Assembly (NCBI GenBank): GCA_963746465.1
Contig: CAVVAY010000005.1
Span: 297,725 to 361,724 of the forward strand
Reading direction: 5' to 3'
Length of the DNA: 64,000 nucleotides
From: an uncultured Actinomycetota bacterium
GTDB taxonomy: Bacteria; Actinomycetota; Actinomycetes; JACCUZ01
The notes below the pieces were generated by a model. It saw only the letters and a program-made list of their open reading frames with translations, was not told the DNA's origin and ran no database searches. The position numbers were made by a program, and so were the translations under genes. Positions 37,658 to 48,853 of the stretch are shown here, piece after piece (the stretch's first letter is position 1; each line of letters begins with the position of its first letter).

Positions 37658-38893
37658 CTAGAAGATCACCGGGCACCAGGGCGCCGGGCTGCTCGCGAAC
37701 GCGGTGGTCGCGGCGTGCAGCGACTGCGGTGACCCGGTGACCCGGCCCGCGCCGGCCAGCTCGGTCAGTGACGTCCCGCCGAGGTAGGCGGCCCCGAGCT
37801 CGCGCACGCCGAGCGTCAGGTCGGCGTGGTCGTCGGTTCGCGTGCAGGTGGCTCCGTCCGCGCCGCCGGTCAGCCGCCAGCGGCCCGCGTTCCACGGGCA
37901 GCGCCCGTCGACCACGTCGAGCACGAGGTCGACGTCGGTCGAGTAGCTGCGGGCGCCGAGCGCCGCCGGCAGGTCGACCAACCGGACGTAGAGCGCGTCG
38001 CCGCCCTCCGGCTTCGCCCGCCGCGGGTTCTGCAGCCAGTGCACCAGCGGGTCGTCGACCGGCACGTTCCAGAGCTCGGTGCTGCCCATCAGGTCGAGGT
38101 CGAACAGGTAGCGGTAGAGGGTCGCCAGTGCGGCGGGGTCGGCGGCCATCACCTCGCGCACCGCGACCTTGCCCTGGCCGAAGTCGTCGCCGAAGGACTG
38201 CTTGGTCGCGTAGCGCGCGTAGCCGCGGACCCCGGTGCCGTCCTCGACGACGACGCAGCGCAGCTCCGACTTCCCGTCCCGCATGCTCGGCAGGTCGAGC
38301 ACGGCCCGCCGCCACCACCGCTCGTCGCGGGCGAACATGCCCGGGCGACGAGCAGCGTTGGCGTCGTACACGCCGGCGGTCAGCTTCCAGTCGCCCGGCG
38401 GCACCAGCCGGAGCCGCAGGTCCGCGTCGTGCGGCGCGTCGGGCGCCAGCGCGGCCGGGCTGCGCGGGACGGTGAACGACCAGAGCCGGGAGGCAAGACC
38501 GTACCCGTAACGACCGTAGATCGGCGGCTCGGACGCCCACAGGACCGCGACCGGTTCGCGGCCTGCCTCGTGGATCGAGCGGAGCTGGTGGTCCATCAGG
38601 GCGCTGAGGACCCCGCGGCGCCGGTGCGTCGGCAGCACGCCGACCCAGCTCACCCCAGCGGCGGGCACGGTTCGCCCGGGCACCGTGAGGTCGAAGGAGT
38701 ACGCCGTGGCGATGCCGACCAGCTGGTCGCCGTCCTCGGCGCCGATGTCCCGGGCCGTCTCGTGCGTCTCGCGCTCGTGCTCGAGCAGCTCAGGGGGAGC
38801 GGTGCTGCCGAACGCGTGCGAGTCCAGGGCGACGAAGGCCGGCAGGTCGGCCTCACCGAGGGTGCGGACGGGCCAGGCGGGGCGGTCGCTCAT
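37658..38893 (-). CDS. Eis-like GNAT acetyltransferase
   Basis: An N-terminal GNAT domain (VLPTHRRRGVLSALM) followed by a second GNAT-like domain and an SCP2-like C-terminal domain. About 410 aa. Confidence 0.7.
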   Translation of the reverse strand: MSDRPAWPVRTLGEADLPAFVALDSHAFGSTAPPELLEHERETHETARDIGAEDGDQLVGIATAYSFDLTVPGRTVPAAGVSWVGVLPTHRRRGVLSALMDHQLRSIHEAGREPVAVLWASEPPIYGRYGYGLASRLWSFTVPRSPAALAPDAPHDADLRLRLVPPGDWKLTAGVYDANAARRPGMFARDERWWRRAVLDLPSMRDGKSELRCVVVEDGTGVRGYARYATKQSFGDDFGQGKVAVREVMAADPAALATLYRYLFDLDLMGSTELWNVPVDDPLVHWLQNPRRAKPEGGDALYVRLVDLPAALGARSYSTDVDLVLDVVDGRCPWNAGRWRLTGGADGATCTRTDDHADLTLGVRELGAAYLGGTSLTELAGAGRVTGSPQSLHAATTAFASSPAPWCPVIF

Positions 38894-39064
38894 GCGACGT
38901 GCCTACCAGAGCGGGGTCGGCGCGGGCCACCGCCATGGTTCAGTGCTTCTGACCGTGACGCTCTGTCAACGTCGGTACTGTCGTTGCCATGGCAGCCACC
39001 TCGAGCCGTCGCGTGCGGCGGGCGCGTCCGGTGGCGGGCGCGGGCCTGGAGCCGCCGGTACCTG

Positions 39065-40090
39065 ATGGGTTCGGACGCCTTCGCGCTGGCAGCGCTGAGC
39101 CTGTGTGCCGCGGGGCTCGGCGCCCTGTTCCTCGCCAACCGGACCTGGTTCCCGCTGTCGAGCCTGGCCGTGGTGGTGCTGGCCGGCGGCTTCCTGCTCT
39201 CGGTGCGCAGCCTCGTCCTGCTGGACCTGGTCGTCGTCGCTGTGGTGCTCCTGGAGATGGCCCACGCCCACGACCCGGGCGTGTCGCCGGGAGCGGTGCT
39301 GGTCGTCGCGGCGACGGCGGCCATCGTGCACCTGCTGGCCCGGTCGCGGGGCCGGCTCGGGGTGCAGGGCACCCGTGGCGACTCGATGCTGGTGGACCTG
39401 CGGGACCGGCTGACCGCCCAGGGCGAGATGCCGGAGCTGCCGGAGGGCTGGTCCGCCGAGGTGGTGCTCCGGTCGGCCGGCGGCGCCTCGTTCTCCGGCG
39501 ACTTCCTGGTGGCCACCCGGTCCGACGACGGTGACGAGCTCGAGGTCGCGCTGGTCGACGTGTCGGGAAAGGGCGTGGACGCCGGCACCCGCGCCCTGCT
39601 GCTCTCCGGAGCCTTCGGCGGCCTGCTCGGCTCGGTGCCGCACGAGGACTTCCTGCCGGCGACCAACCGCTACCTGATCCGCCAGCACTGGGAAGAGGGC
39701 TTCGCCACGGTCGCGCACGTCATGATCGACCTCGGCTCCGGCGAGTACGTGGTCTCGGTCGCCGGGCACCCGCCGGCCGTCCAGTTCGCCGCCGGTTCCG
39801 GCCGCTGGCGGATGAGCGAGGCCAGCGAGGGGCCGCTGCTCGGCATCTTCCCGGACGCGAAGTTCGTCTCCGAGCGAGGCCGGCTGGACCGGGGGGACGC
39901 CCTGCTGCTGTTCACCGACGGGCTCATCGAGAAGCCCGGCCAGGACATCTCGGTCGGCATCGACAAGCTGCTCGGGGAGGCCGAGCGGCTGGTGACCAAG
40001 GGCTTCCGGCACGGTGCCCGCAAGCTCATCGACCGGGTGGCCGCGGCCCACAACGACGACCGGGCCGTCGTCCTGGTCTGGCGCGAATAG
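39065..40090 (+). CDS. Membrane-anchored PP2C/SpoIIE-type serine phosphatase
   Basis: N-terminal TM helices, then the PP2C core (SGDFLVATRSDDGDELEVALVDVSGKGVDAG...LLLFTDGLIE). Confidence 0.75.
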   Translation: MGSDAFALAALSLCAAGLGALFLANRTWFPLSSLAVVVLAGGFLLSVRSLVLLDLVVVAVVLLEMAHAHDPGVSPGAVLVVAATAAIVHLLARSRGRLGVQGTRGDSMLVDLRDRLTAQGEMPELPEGWSAEVVLRSAGGASFSGDFLVATRSDDGDELEVALVDVSGKGVDAGTRALLLSGAFGGLLGSVPHEDFLPATNRYLIRQHWEEGFATVAHVMIDLGSGEYVVSVAGHPPAVQFAAGSGRWRMSEASEGPLLGIFPDAKFVSERGRLDRGDALLLFTDGLIEKPGQDISVGIDKLLGEAERLVTKGFRHGARKLIDRVAAAHNDDRAVVLVWRE

Positions 40091-40166
40091 CCGTCTCGAC
40101 CTGCGAGTCGCTGCTTCAGGCCGCCACGAGCCTGACCGATGATCCCGGAGACACGAAGGGGTCGAG

Positions 40167-41185
40167 GTGATCGAGGCATCGGGCTGGCGGGGTCGCCTCG
40201 GCCTGCTCGCCGCCGGCCGCCCGGCCGAGGTCTGGACGCTGGCCGTCCTCTACGGCGCGGGCGCGGCCGGCTGCATGTTCGCCGCTGCCTTCCCGATGTC
40301 CCACGAGGCACCCACGCTCCTGCCCTGGGCCGTGGCGGCGGTCGACGCCCTGGCGGCAGCCGCCCTCTGGCTGTTCGGCGCCTCGGTGACCCGGCCGGTC
40401 GTGCACCTGGGGGTGGCGACCAGCACGCTCATCAAGAGCGCTCTCATCGCCTTCGTCGCCACGCCCCAGGGCGAGATCGTCGCGGCGTTCGGCTACCTGT
40501 GGGTCGGGGTGTACGCCGCCCACTTCTTTCCCCGGCGCGAGGCCTGGCGGCACACCGCGCTGATCACGGTCGGCTTCGGCGTCGCCCTGCGGATCAACGA
40601 CACCCCCAGCGCGCCGTCGGCGTACGTCATCGTCATGGCCACCATCTGGGTGGCCGTCACGGTGCTGTCCAACCTGACCACGCGGCTGCGGGAGCACGCC
40701 GCCACCGACCAGCTCACCGGCCTGCTCAACCGCAACGGCTTCCGGTCGGCAGCCGAGCGCGAGCACGCACTGTCGCTGCGGACCACGATCCCGGTCTCGC
40801 TGGTCGTCATCGACCTGGACGGCTTCAAGGCCGTCAACGACTGGCGTGGCCACGCGGCCGGCGACCAGATGCTCGTCGACCTGGCCCGCATGTGGACGCT
40901 GCGGCTGCGCCGCTGCGACGTGATCGGCCGGCACGGGGGGACGAGTTCGTCCTGCTGCTGCCCGCGACCGACCACGAGCAGGCGACCCGGGTGCTCGAAC
41001 GGCTTCGGGACGGCAGCCCGATCGGCTGGTCGGCCGGGGTGGCCGAGTGGCGGCAGGAGGAGTCGTTCGAGGCCTGCCTGTCCCGGGCGGACACCAACCT
41101 CTACCTGGCCAAGCCGCCGCGCGTGGTCCCGCAGCGGCGGGCGAGCGACCCCGACGTCCCGGCCGGTCGGTGCACCCCGGCCTGA
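40167..41185 (+). pseudogene. Membrane-bound diguanylate cyclase (GGDEF) interrupted by a single-base frameshift in a G6 run at the GGDEF motif
   Basis: Frame A: TM N-terminus, then DQLTGLLNRNGF...VIGRHGG. Frame B continues DEFVLLLPATDHEQ...TNLYLAKP to a stop at 41185. The junction is the homopolymer gggggg at 40935-40940. Confidence 0.7.
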
Positions 41186-41275
41186 GCCGCGGCCGGTCGC
41201 CGACCGCGCGTGACGGTTAGGTGACGCCTGATCCAGAAGACCGCAGCAGGAAGACCACAGACGTAGCGTGGAGCC

Positions 41276-42418
41276 ATGAGTGTGGCGACCCGCGGGACGG
41301 CACGTCGTTGGGCCGCCGCCCTGGCCGGACTGACCGCCGTGGCGGCGGCACCGGCTGCCTGGGCGCAGGTCCCGGCGGGGGAGTCCGATCTCGCGCCGCG
41401 GCAGCTGGTCGCTCGCGCGCAGCGCTCCGGCGGCGTCGCACACCACGGGCTCGCGGAGAGCGTGGGGACGCTCGGGCTGCCCGACCTGCCCCGGCTCGGT
41501 GATGTCGCCGCGCTCCTGGGCTCCACCACGAGGACGCGGGTCTGGTGGCGGTCGCCGGACGCCTGGCGGGTCGACCGCATCACCGCGACCGGCGAGTCCG
41601 GCACCTACGCGGTCCCGGGGGGAGTTCAGACCTGGGACTTCGAGTCCGGGACGGTTCGCCGTCAGCTCGGGGTCACCCCTGTCCGGTTGCCGCGCGTCGA
41701 CGACGTCCTGCCGCCGCAGGCCGCCCGCCGGGCACTCGCCGGTGTCACCGCGCGGGACCGGGTGACCGCCCTGCCCGCCCGCCGGGTGGCCGGGCGGACC
41801 GCCGACGGCGTCCGGGTGCTGCCCACCGACCGCAGGAGCACGGTGGGGCACCTCGACGTCTACGTCGACGAGGCGACCGGGCTGCCCCTCTCGGTCGTCG
41901 TCGTGCCGCGCGACACCGTGGTGGCGGCCATGCGCTCCGCATTTGTCGACGTCACCATCGGCCGCCCGGCCGCCGGCGTCCTGGAGCCGCGGGTGCCGCG
42001 GTTCGGTCGGGTCCGCACCACGAGGACCCCCGACCTGGCCACCGCCGTGGACCGCTACGCCCCCTTCGCGCTGCCCGACGAGCTGAGCGGCCTTGCCCGG
42101 GGCAGGGGCATCCTCGGCAGCGGTGGCGGCACCGCGACGTACGGCGTCGGCCTGACGCGCTTCGTGGTTCTGCCGCTCTGGTCGAGCCTGGGCCGGTCCG
42201 CGTCGACTGCCGCTGCGGCCGGGGGAGGCACGGACCTGGACGTCGGCCCGGCCGGTGCGGCAGTGCTGGTGAGCACCCCGCTGCTCAACGCGGTCGTGGT
42301 GCGTGATGGCGGTGGTGGCCGGCGTTCGCGGTCGTACCTGATCGCCGGCACCGTCGTCCCGACCGTGCTGCAGTCCGCCGCCCGGGTCCTGCTCGACGAT
42401 CCGCCGCCATTCCGGTGA
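41276..42418 (+). CDS. Secreted protein of unknown function upstream of an ABC exporter
   Basis: Signal peptide (LAGLTAVAAAPAAWA). No recognised catalytic motif. Its stop overlaps the ABC ATPase start. Confidence 0.5.
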   Translation: MSVATRGTARRWAAALAGLTAVAAAPAAWAQVPAGESDLAPRQLVARAQRSGGVAHHGLAESVGTLGLPDLPRLGDVAALLGSTTRTRVWWRSPDAWRVDRITATGESGTYAVPGGVQTWDFESGTVRRQLGVTPVRLPRVDDVLPPQAARRALAGVTARDRVTALPARRVAGRTADGVRVLPTDRRSTVGHLDVYVDEATGLPLSVVVVPRDTVVAAMRSAFVDVTIGRPAAGVLEPRVPRFGRVRTTRTPDLATAVDRYAPFALPDELSGLARGRGILGSGGGTATYGVGLTRFVVLPLWSSLGRSASTAAAAGGGTDLDVGPAGAAVLVSTPLLNAVVVRDGGGGRRSRSYLIAGTVVPTVLQSAARVLLDDPPPFR

Positions 42419-43362
42419 CGGACCCCGGCGATGCGGCAGACGTGGTCCTCGAGACAAGCCACCTGACGAAGCGCTTCGGACCGGTGCTCGCGGTCGACGA
42501 CGTCTCGATCGAGGTCCGCCAGGGCGACCGGTACGGCTTCCTCGGCCCGAACGGGTCCGGCAAGACGACGACGGTGCGGATGATGCTCGGCCTGGTCTAC
42601 CCGACCTCCGGCAACGTGGAGCTGTTCGGCCGACCGATGCCCGGCCCGGCGCGCCGAACGCTTCCGGACGTGGGCGCCCTGATCGAGGGGCCGGCGTCCT
42701 ACGGCCACCTCTCGGCCCGGACCAACCTCGCCCTGATGGACGCCGCGGGCCGGGGCGGCGGCCGGCGCACCCGGCGGCGGCGGATCGAGCAGGCGCTCGA
42801 GCAGGTCGGGCTCGACGGTGTCGGTCGGCGCCCGGTGAAGACCTTCTCCCTCGGGATGAAGGCCCGGCTCGGCCTGGCCGGCGCCCTGCTGCGGCGGCCG
42901 CGGCTGCTGGTGCTGGACGAGCCGACCAACGGGCTGGACCCGCAAGGCATCCACGAGGTGCGCGACCTGCTGCTCGAGCTCAACCGCGACGGGACCACCT
43001 TGTTCGTCTCGAGCCACCTGCTCGCCGAGGTCGAGAGCCTGTGCACCCGGGTCGGCGTCCTGCAGGCCGGCCGGCTCGTCGCGCAGGAGGACCTCGCCAC
43101 CCTGCAGGCGCCGACCGGGCTCGTCCTCGTGCGCACGCCGGACCCGGACCTGGCGGTCTCGGTGCTCGACGGCCGGGTCGTGCGTCGCGACGGCGACCTG
43201 CTGGCCGTCCAGGGATCGAGCGCCGACGCGCTGGCCGGCCTGCTCGTCGGCAACGGCGTACGCCTCACCGAGCTACAGGCCGAGCGGCGCAGCCTCGAGG
43301 AGGTCGTGCTGGAGCTCACCGGGCCCGGCTCGGACCGGGTGGCGCGGGGGCGTGGCCGGTGA
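42415..43362 (+). CDS. ABC transporter ATP-binding protein (ABC-2/DrrA-like)
   Basis: Walker A GPNGSGKTT. Signature LSLGMKARL. Walker B LLVLDEPTNGLD. Confidence 0.85.
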   Translation: MTDPGDAADVVLETSHLTKRFGPVLAVDDVSIEVRQGDRYGFLGPNGSGKTTTVRMMLGLVYPTSGNVELFGRPMPGPARRTLPDVGALIEGPASYGHLSARTNLALMDAAGRGGGRRTRRRRIEQALEQVGLDGVGRRPVKTFSLGMKARLGLAGALLRRPRLLVLDEPTNGLDPQGIHEVRDLLLELNRDGTTLFVSSHLLAEVESLCTRVGVLQAGRLVAQEDLATLQAPTGLVLVRTPDPDLAVSVLDGRVVRRDGDLLAVQGSSADALAGLLVGNGVRLTELQAERRSLEEVVLELTGPGSDRVARGRGR

Positions 43363-44180
43363 TCGCCGTCGAGCTCAGCAAGCTGTTCCGCCGGCCGCGC
43401 ACCTGGGTGACGGTCGGGCTGCTCTGCCTGCTGCCCACCGTCGTCGCGGTGTTCCTCGCGGTCACCGATGTGGGGCCTCGCCCGGGGGAGGGCCCGGCCT
43501 TCCTGTCCGCCGTGCTCGCGAACGGAGCCCTCTTCCCGGCTGCCGCTCTCGGCATCGTGCTGCCTCTGTTCCTGCCTGTAGCCGTCGCCGTCGTCGCAGG
43601 TGACGCGGTGGCGGGCGAGGCTGCCGCGGGGACGCTGCGCTACCTGCTGGTCCGTCCGGTGGGTCGCACCCGCCTGCTGCTCGCCAAGCTCCTGTCGGTG
43701 CTGGTGTTCCTCGTCGTCGCCGTCACCGCGGTCGCGGCGACGGCCTACGAGGTGGGCACCCACCTGTTCGTGCCGGCGCCCGGCTCGCCGGCCGAGGTCG
43801 TGACAGGACTGTCCGGCAGCACCCTGACCTCGCAGCAGCTCGCCGTGCGCACGGTGCTCGTCATCCTGTACATCACCTGGTCGATGCTCGGTGTCGCGGC
43901 CGTCGCGCTGTTCCTCTCGACGCTGACCGACTCGCCGCTGGCTGCTGCGCTCGGGGCGCTCGCGGTGCTCGTCACCAGCCAGGTGCTGGTCACCCTCGAT
44001 GCGGCGTCCTCGGTGAAGCAGTACCTGCCGACTCGCTACTGGCTGGCCTGGGTCGACTTCTTCCGCGACCCGATCCTGTGGCACGACATCAGGCTGGGGG
44101 TGCTGGTACAGGGCGCGTATGCCATCGTGTTCCTCGGCCTCGCGTGGGCGGCGTTCACGACCCGTGACGTCACGAGCTGA
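43359..44180 (+). CDS. ABC-2 type permease
   Basis: Six TM helices. Overlaps the ATPase stop. Confidence 0.7.
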   Translation: MIAVELSKLFRRPRTWVTVGLLCLLPTVVAVFLAVTDVGPRPGEGPAFLSAVLANGALFPAAALGIVLPLFLPVAVAVVAGDAVAGEAAAGTLRYLLVRPVGRTRLLLAKLLSVLVFLVVAVTAVAATAYEVGTHLFVPAPGSPAEVVTGLSGSTLTSQQLAVRTVLVILYITWSMLGVAAVALFLSTLTDSPLAAALGALAVLVTSQVLVTLDAASSVKQYLPTRYWLAWVDFFRDPILWHDIRLGVLVQGAYAIVFLGLAWAAFTTRDVTS

Positions 44181-44952
44181 CTGCGCCGGGGCAACTCGTC
44201 GGCGCCACCGGCGTCGGCACCAGCAGGGCATCGAGCACGAGCGACTGGACGACGGCGTCGGTAGGTAGCTGGCCGTGAGCGATCCGCCGGCCTGGGCACA
44301 CGTCCTGCACGACGAGGTCGAGGGCGCCGTCGAGGGCGGCGCTGGACGACGGGGTGACCACCTGGTCGTCGGTGGTACGGATGCTCACCCAGATCGGACC
44401 GGGCGGGGTCTCGTCACCTCGGTTGAGCCGGCCGAGCAGCGGGCTGTCCGGCACGAGCTCCTGGCAGGCGGCCGGGCACGAGTCCGGAGCCAGCACCGAC
44501 GCCAACGCGGCGATCTCGGTGCCGTGATGAGGCGCTCCGAGCGTGACTACCCGGCGTGCCTGACCTGCGCCGCCGTCCTCCGCGACCCACAGCCGCGCCA
44601 CCACGCCGCCCGCAGAGAACCCCACGACGTCGACCGAGGGCGCCCCCGCCGCCAGCGCTGCGTCCGCGGCTCTGGCCACGGCCGACGCCTGGTCAGCAAG
44701 CGGCCCGGTCCCCGAGCCCGGCAGCCGGACCACGGAGGCGTCCCGACCAGCCGCGCGCAGCACGGCGGCCAGCCGGTCGAGGGCGGTGGCGCTGCCGCCG
44801 TACCCGGGCACGAGCAGGACAGGCCCCAACCGGTCCTGCGCGACGGGTGGCCGGCTGTCGTCCGCCGACCGGACCACGAGGGCCACGACCAGCACGACTG
44901 CCGTGGCCAGCGCCGCGACCGCCGCGAGGAAGACCCGGCGCCGCGGGCTCAT
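44170..44952 (-). CDS. Secreted alpha/beta-hydrolase (lipase/esterase-like)
   Basis: Signal/TM N-terminus. GFSAGG nucleophile elbow. Confidence 0.65.
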   Translation of the reverse strand: MSPRRRVFLAAVAALATAVVLVVALVVRSADDSRPPVAQDRLGPVLLVPGYGGSATALDRLAAVLRAAGRDASVVRLPGSGTGPLADQASAVARAADAALAAGAPSVDVVGFSAGGVVARLWVAEDGGAGQARRVVTLGAPHHGTEIAALASVLAPDSCPAACQELVPDSPLLGRLNRGDETPPGPIWVSIRTTDDQVVTPSSSAALDGALDLVVQDVCPGRRIAHGQLPTDAVVQSLVLDALLVPTPVAPTSCPGAVSS

Positions 44953-45049
44953 GCCGGGCCGACCCGGGGCCTTCCGGTCGCTGCGTCGGCCATCATGGTT
45001 CCCTCCTCCTGGAGAGCATCGTCGGCACGCCGTCCCCTGAGGAGGACCC

Positions 45050-46096
45050 TTGCACGTCCTGGTGACCGGGGGCTGCGGCTTCGTCGGCTCGCACGTCGTC
45101 GATGAGCTGCTCGCTTCGGGTCACGAGGTGCGTGTGCTAGACGACCTGTCAACCGGTCGCCGCGAGCACCTGCGGGACGGGGTCGACCTGCGGCTGGGGG
45201 ATGTCACCGCGGAGGCAGACGTCGTGGACGCCCTCGGCGGCATCGACGCCGTGTGCCACCAAGCGGCGAAGGTGGGTCTCGGCAGCGGGGTCGCCGACCT
45301 GGCCGAGTACGTGCGTCGCAACGACCTCGGCACCGCGGTGCTGCTGTCGGCGATGGCGGCGGCCCGCATCGCCCGACTGGTGCTCGCGTCGTCGATGGTG
45401 GTCTACGGAGAGGGCGGCTACGTCTGCGCCGAGCACGGGTCGGTTGCGCCCGGGCCGCGCATGCGGGCCGATCTCGACGGCGGCCGGTTCGAGCCGCCGT
45501 GCCCCGTGTGCGCGTCGCCGCTGTCGGTACGCGAGGTCGACGAGTCGGCGCGGCTCGACCCGCGCAACGGCTACGCCGCTTCCAAGGTGGCTCAGGAGCA
45601 CCTGGCCGCCACCTGGGCCGCCGTGACCGGACGGCCGGCGGTGGCACTGCGCTACCACAACGTCTACGGACGGCGGCTGCCCCGGGACACGCCGTATGCC
45701 GGGGTGGCCGCGCTGTTCCGGTCGGCGCTGGCTCGGGGGGAGGCGCCGCGGGTCTTCGAGGACGGGCGGCAGCTGCGCGACTTCGTGCACGTGCAGGACG
45801 TGGCCGTCGCCAACCGGCTCGCCCTGGAGTCGTCGGACGTCGCGACCGGGGGGCTCACGGCGTACAACATCGCGAGCGGGCGACCGCGCACCGTGGGCGA
45901 GCTGGCCGGTGCACTGGCCGACGCGGTCGGCGGGCCGGCGCCGGTGGTCACCGGGGAGTACCGGCTCGGCGACGTCCGACACGTCGTCGCCTCGCCCGCC
46001 AGGGCAGCCGCCGAGCTCGGCTTCCACGCGGCCACCGACCTCGAGACCGGCGCAGGTGACTTCGCGGCTGAGGGCACCCCGGACGGGGGCACGTGA
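45050..46096 (+). CDS. NAD-dependent epimerase/dehydratase (UDP-sugar epimerase-like)
   Basis: VTGGCGFVGSHVVDEL Rossmann motif. YxxxK (YAASK). Confidence 0.8.
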   Translation: MHVLVTGGCGFVGSHVVDELLASGHEVRVLDDLSTGRREHLRDGVDLRLGDVTAEADVVDALGGIDAVCHQAAKVGLGSGVADLAEYVRRNDLGTAVLLSAMAAARIARLVLASSMVVYGEGGYVCAEHGSVAPGPRMRADLDGGRFEPPCPVCASPLSVREVDESARLDPRNGYAASKVAQEHLAATWAAVTGRPAVALRYHNVYGRRLPRDTPYAGVAALFRSALARGEAPRVFEDGRQLRDFVHVQDVAVANRLALESSDVATGGLTAYNIASGRPRTVGELAGALADAVGGPAPVVTGEYRLGDVRHVVASPARAAAELGFHAATDLETGAGDFAAEGTPDGGT

Positions 46097-46183
46097 GGTC
46101 TTACGGGTTCGTGACGTCGGCGGCGGTCAGGTCCGTGCTGCTCTAGCGTCGGAGGAGCAGGTCATGACCTCCGGAGGAGCCAG

Positions 46184-46878
<695 letters not shown>

Positions 46879-46882
<4 letters not shown>

Positions 46883-48036
46883 TCCCGGCGCGGGACGTCG
46901 CTGCCGTCGCCGGGATGACCGTCTCGTGTGCGGTCGTCGCCCTCGTCGTCGGCGCCGGCCTGCTGCGGCTGCTGCGTGGTCGTTCGGTGGTCACGCACCT
47001 GCTCGTCGTCAGCTGTGCGGCGTTGGCAACCGTGGCGGGGGCGGTGCTCGTCACGACCCGGAAGATGTTCCTGTCCTCGCACGACTCGCGGGTGGTCCTC
47101 GTCGTCAGCGCGCTCGCGGCGGTCTCCGCCGTCGGCGTGGCCCTGCTGCTCGGAGGCTCGCTCCGCCGCGCCGGTCGTGCGCTGGCGACCGCCGCGGTCC
47201 AGGTCGGCGACCCGGCGTACGGCGGAGCACCTGACATGCCCACCGGTGAGCTGCGCACGGTCGCCGCGGCGCTGGACGACGCGCACGAGCGGCTGGCCGC
47301 GGCCCGAGCTGCCATCGAGGCCACCGAGACCAGCCGCCGTCAGCTGGTTGCCGGCATGAGCCACGACCTACGTACGCCGCTCGCCGGGATGCGCGCGATG
47401 GTCGAGTCGCTGGACGACGGCGTCGTCCGCGACCCGGAGACGGTGAGCCGCTACCACCGGCAGCTGGGGCTCGAGGTCGACCGCGTGGCCCAGATGGTCA
47501 GCGACCTCTTCGAGCTGTCGCGGGTCGAGGGGCCGATGCGCCTGCACCTGGAGCGCGTAGCGGCGGGCGACCTCGTCGAGGAAGCGCTGGCCAGCGCCGA
47601 CCCCGTGGCGCGCGTCAAGGGGGTCCGGTTGGTGGGGCGGGCGTCGCCCGAGCTCCCGGTGGACGTCGACCCCGACGAGTTCGGACGGGTGATGCGCAAC
47701 CTGCTGCTCAACGCGATCCGGCACACACCCAGCGACGGCACCATCGCCGTGAGCGCCGACGGCGGCACCGGTGGCAGCAGCGGTCGCGGAGTGGTCCGCA
47801 TCACGGTCGTGGACGCCTGCGGCGGCATCCCGGAGGACGACCTTCCTCGACTGTTCGAGACCGCCTTCCGTGGCAGCGCGGCCCGGACCTCTGCCGACGG
47901 CGAGGGCGGCGGCTACGGGCTCGCGATCGCCCGAGGAATCGTCGAGGCGCACCGCGGCGTGATCGCCGTCGCGAACCAGCAGCCAGGCTGTCGCTTCGAG
48001 GTGCTCCTTCCACGCGCGAGTGACTCGGCGGTTTAA
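46879..48036 (+). CDS. Sensor histidine kinase
   Basis: GTGA overlap with the response regulator. Two TM helices. H-box MSHDLRTPLAGM. HATPase_c (NLLLNAIRHT...GGYGLAIA). Confidence 0.8.
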
Positions 48037-48202
48037 TCCACGCACTCTGGGTCAAGGGCGCCTTGCGCAACCGCCACCACGACGTGTCAGGGCAGACCGG
48101 GGCGGACGGCTGGAACGGGTCACACCGATAGCCGGCAGTCGACCAGGGTGGTGTCATCTTTTGGTAAGGGTTCGCACCGCGGAGGATGGCACCGTTCCCG
48201 GG

Positions 48203-48853
48203 GTGGTCATCGATGTGCTGCTGCCCTGCCTCGACGAGGCTGCGGCGCTGCCATGGGTCCTGGACCGGATGCCGTTCGGATACCGGCCCATCGTCGTGGA
48301 CAACGGGTCGGTAGATGCCTCCGCGGCGATCGCGCGGTCCCGGGGAGCAGAGGTCGTGACGGCGGAGCAGCGCGGGTACGGGGCCGCCTGCCACGCCGGC
48401 TTGATGGCCTCGACCAGCCGAGTCGTCTGCGTGATGGATGCTGATGCCAGCATCGACCCCGCTCAGCTGCCCGAGGTGACCGGCCCGGTGCTGGCGGGGG
48501 ATTCCGATCTGGTGCTGGGCCGCCGGATCACCCGTTCGCTGCGCGCCTGGCCGCTGCCGGCCCGGCTGGCGAACCTCGCCCTGGCCCGAGCGGTCCGACG
48601 ACGGACCGGACTCGGTCTGCGCGACCTCGGCCCGGTCCGCGCCTTCCGACGCGCCGACCTGATCGCGCTCGACCTCACTGACCGCCGCTTCGGCTATCCG
48701 CTGCAGACGGTCCTCGCTGCCCACGATGCCGGGTGGCGCGTGACCGAGGTGCCCGTCCGCTACCTCCCGCGGGTCGGCAGGTCGAAGGTGACCGGCACGG
48801 CGGCCGGCTTCCTGCGCGCCGTCCGGGACTCGCGGGCGGTGATGGCCCGGTGA
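48203..48853 (+). CDS. GT2-family glycosyltransferase (TIGR04283-like)
   Basis: VVIDVLLPCLDEAAAL...VVDNGSVD...VMDADAS, a GT-A DxD fold. GTG start (approximate). Confidence 0.7.
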   Translation: MVIDVLLPCLDEAAALPWVLDRMPFGYRPIVVDNGSVDASAAIARSRGAEVVTAEQRGYGAACHAGLMASTSRVVCVMDADASIDPAQLPEVTGPVLAGDSDLVLGRRITRSLRAWPLPARLANLALARAVRRRTGLGLRDLGPVRAFRRADLIALDLTDRRFGYPLQTVLAAHDAGWRVTEVPVRYLPRVGRSKVTGTAAGFLRAVRDSRAVMAR

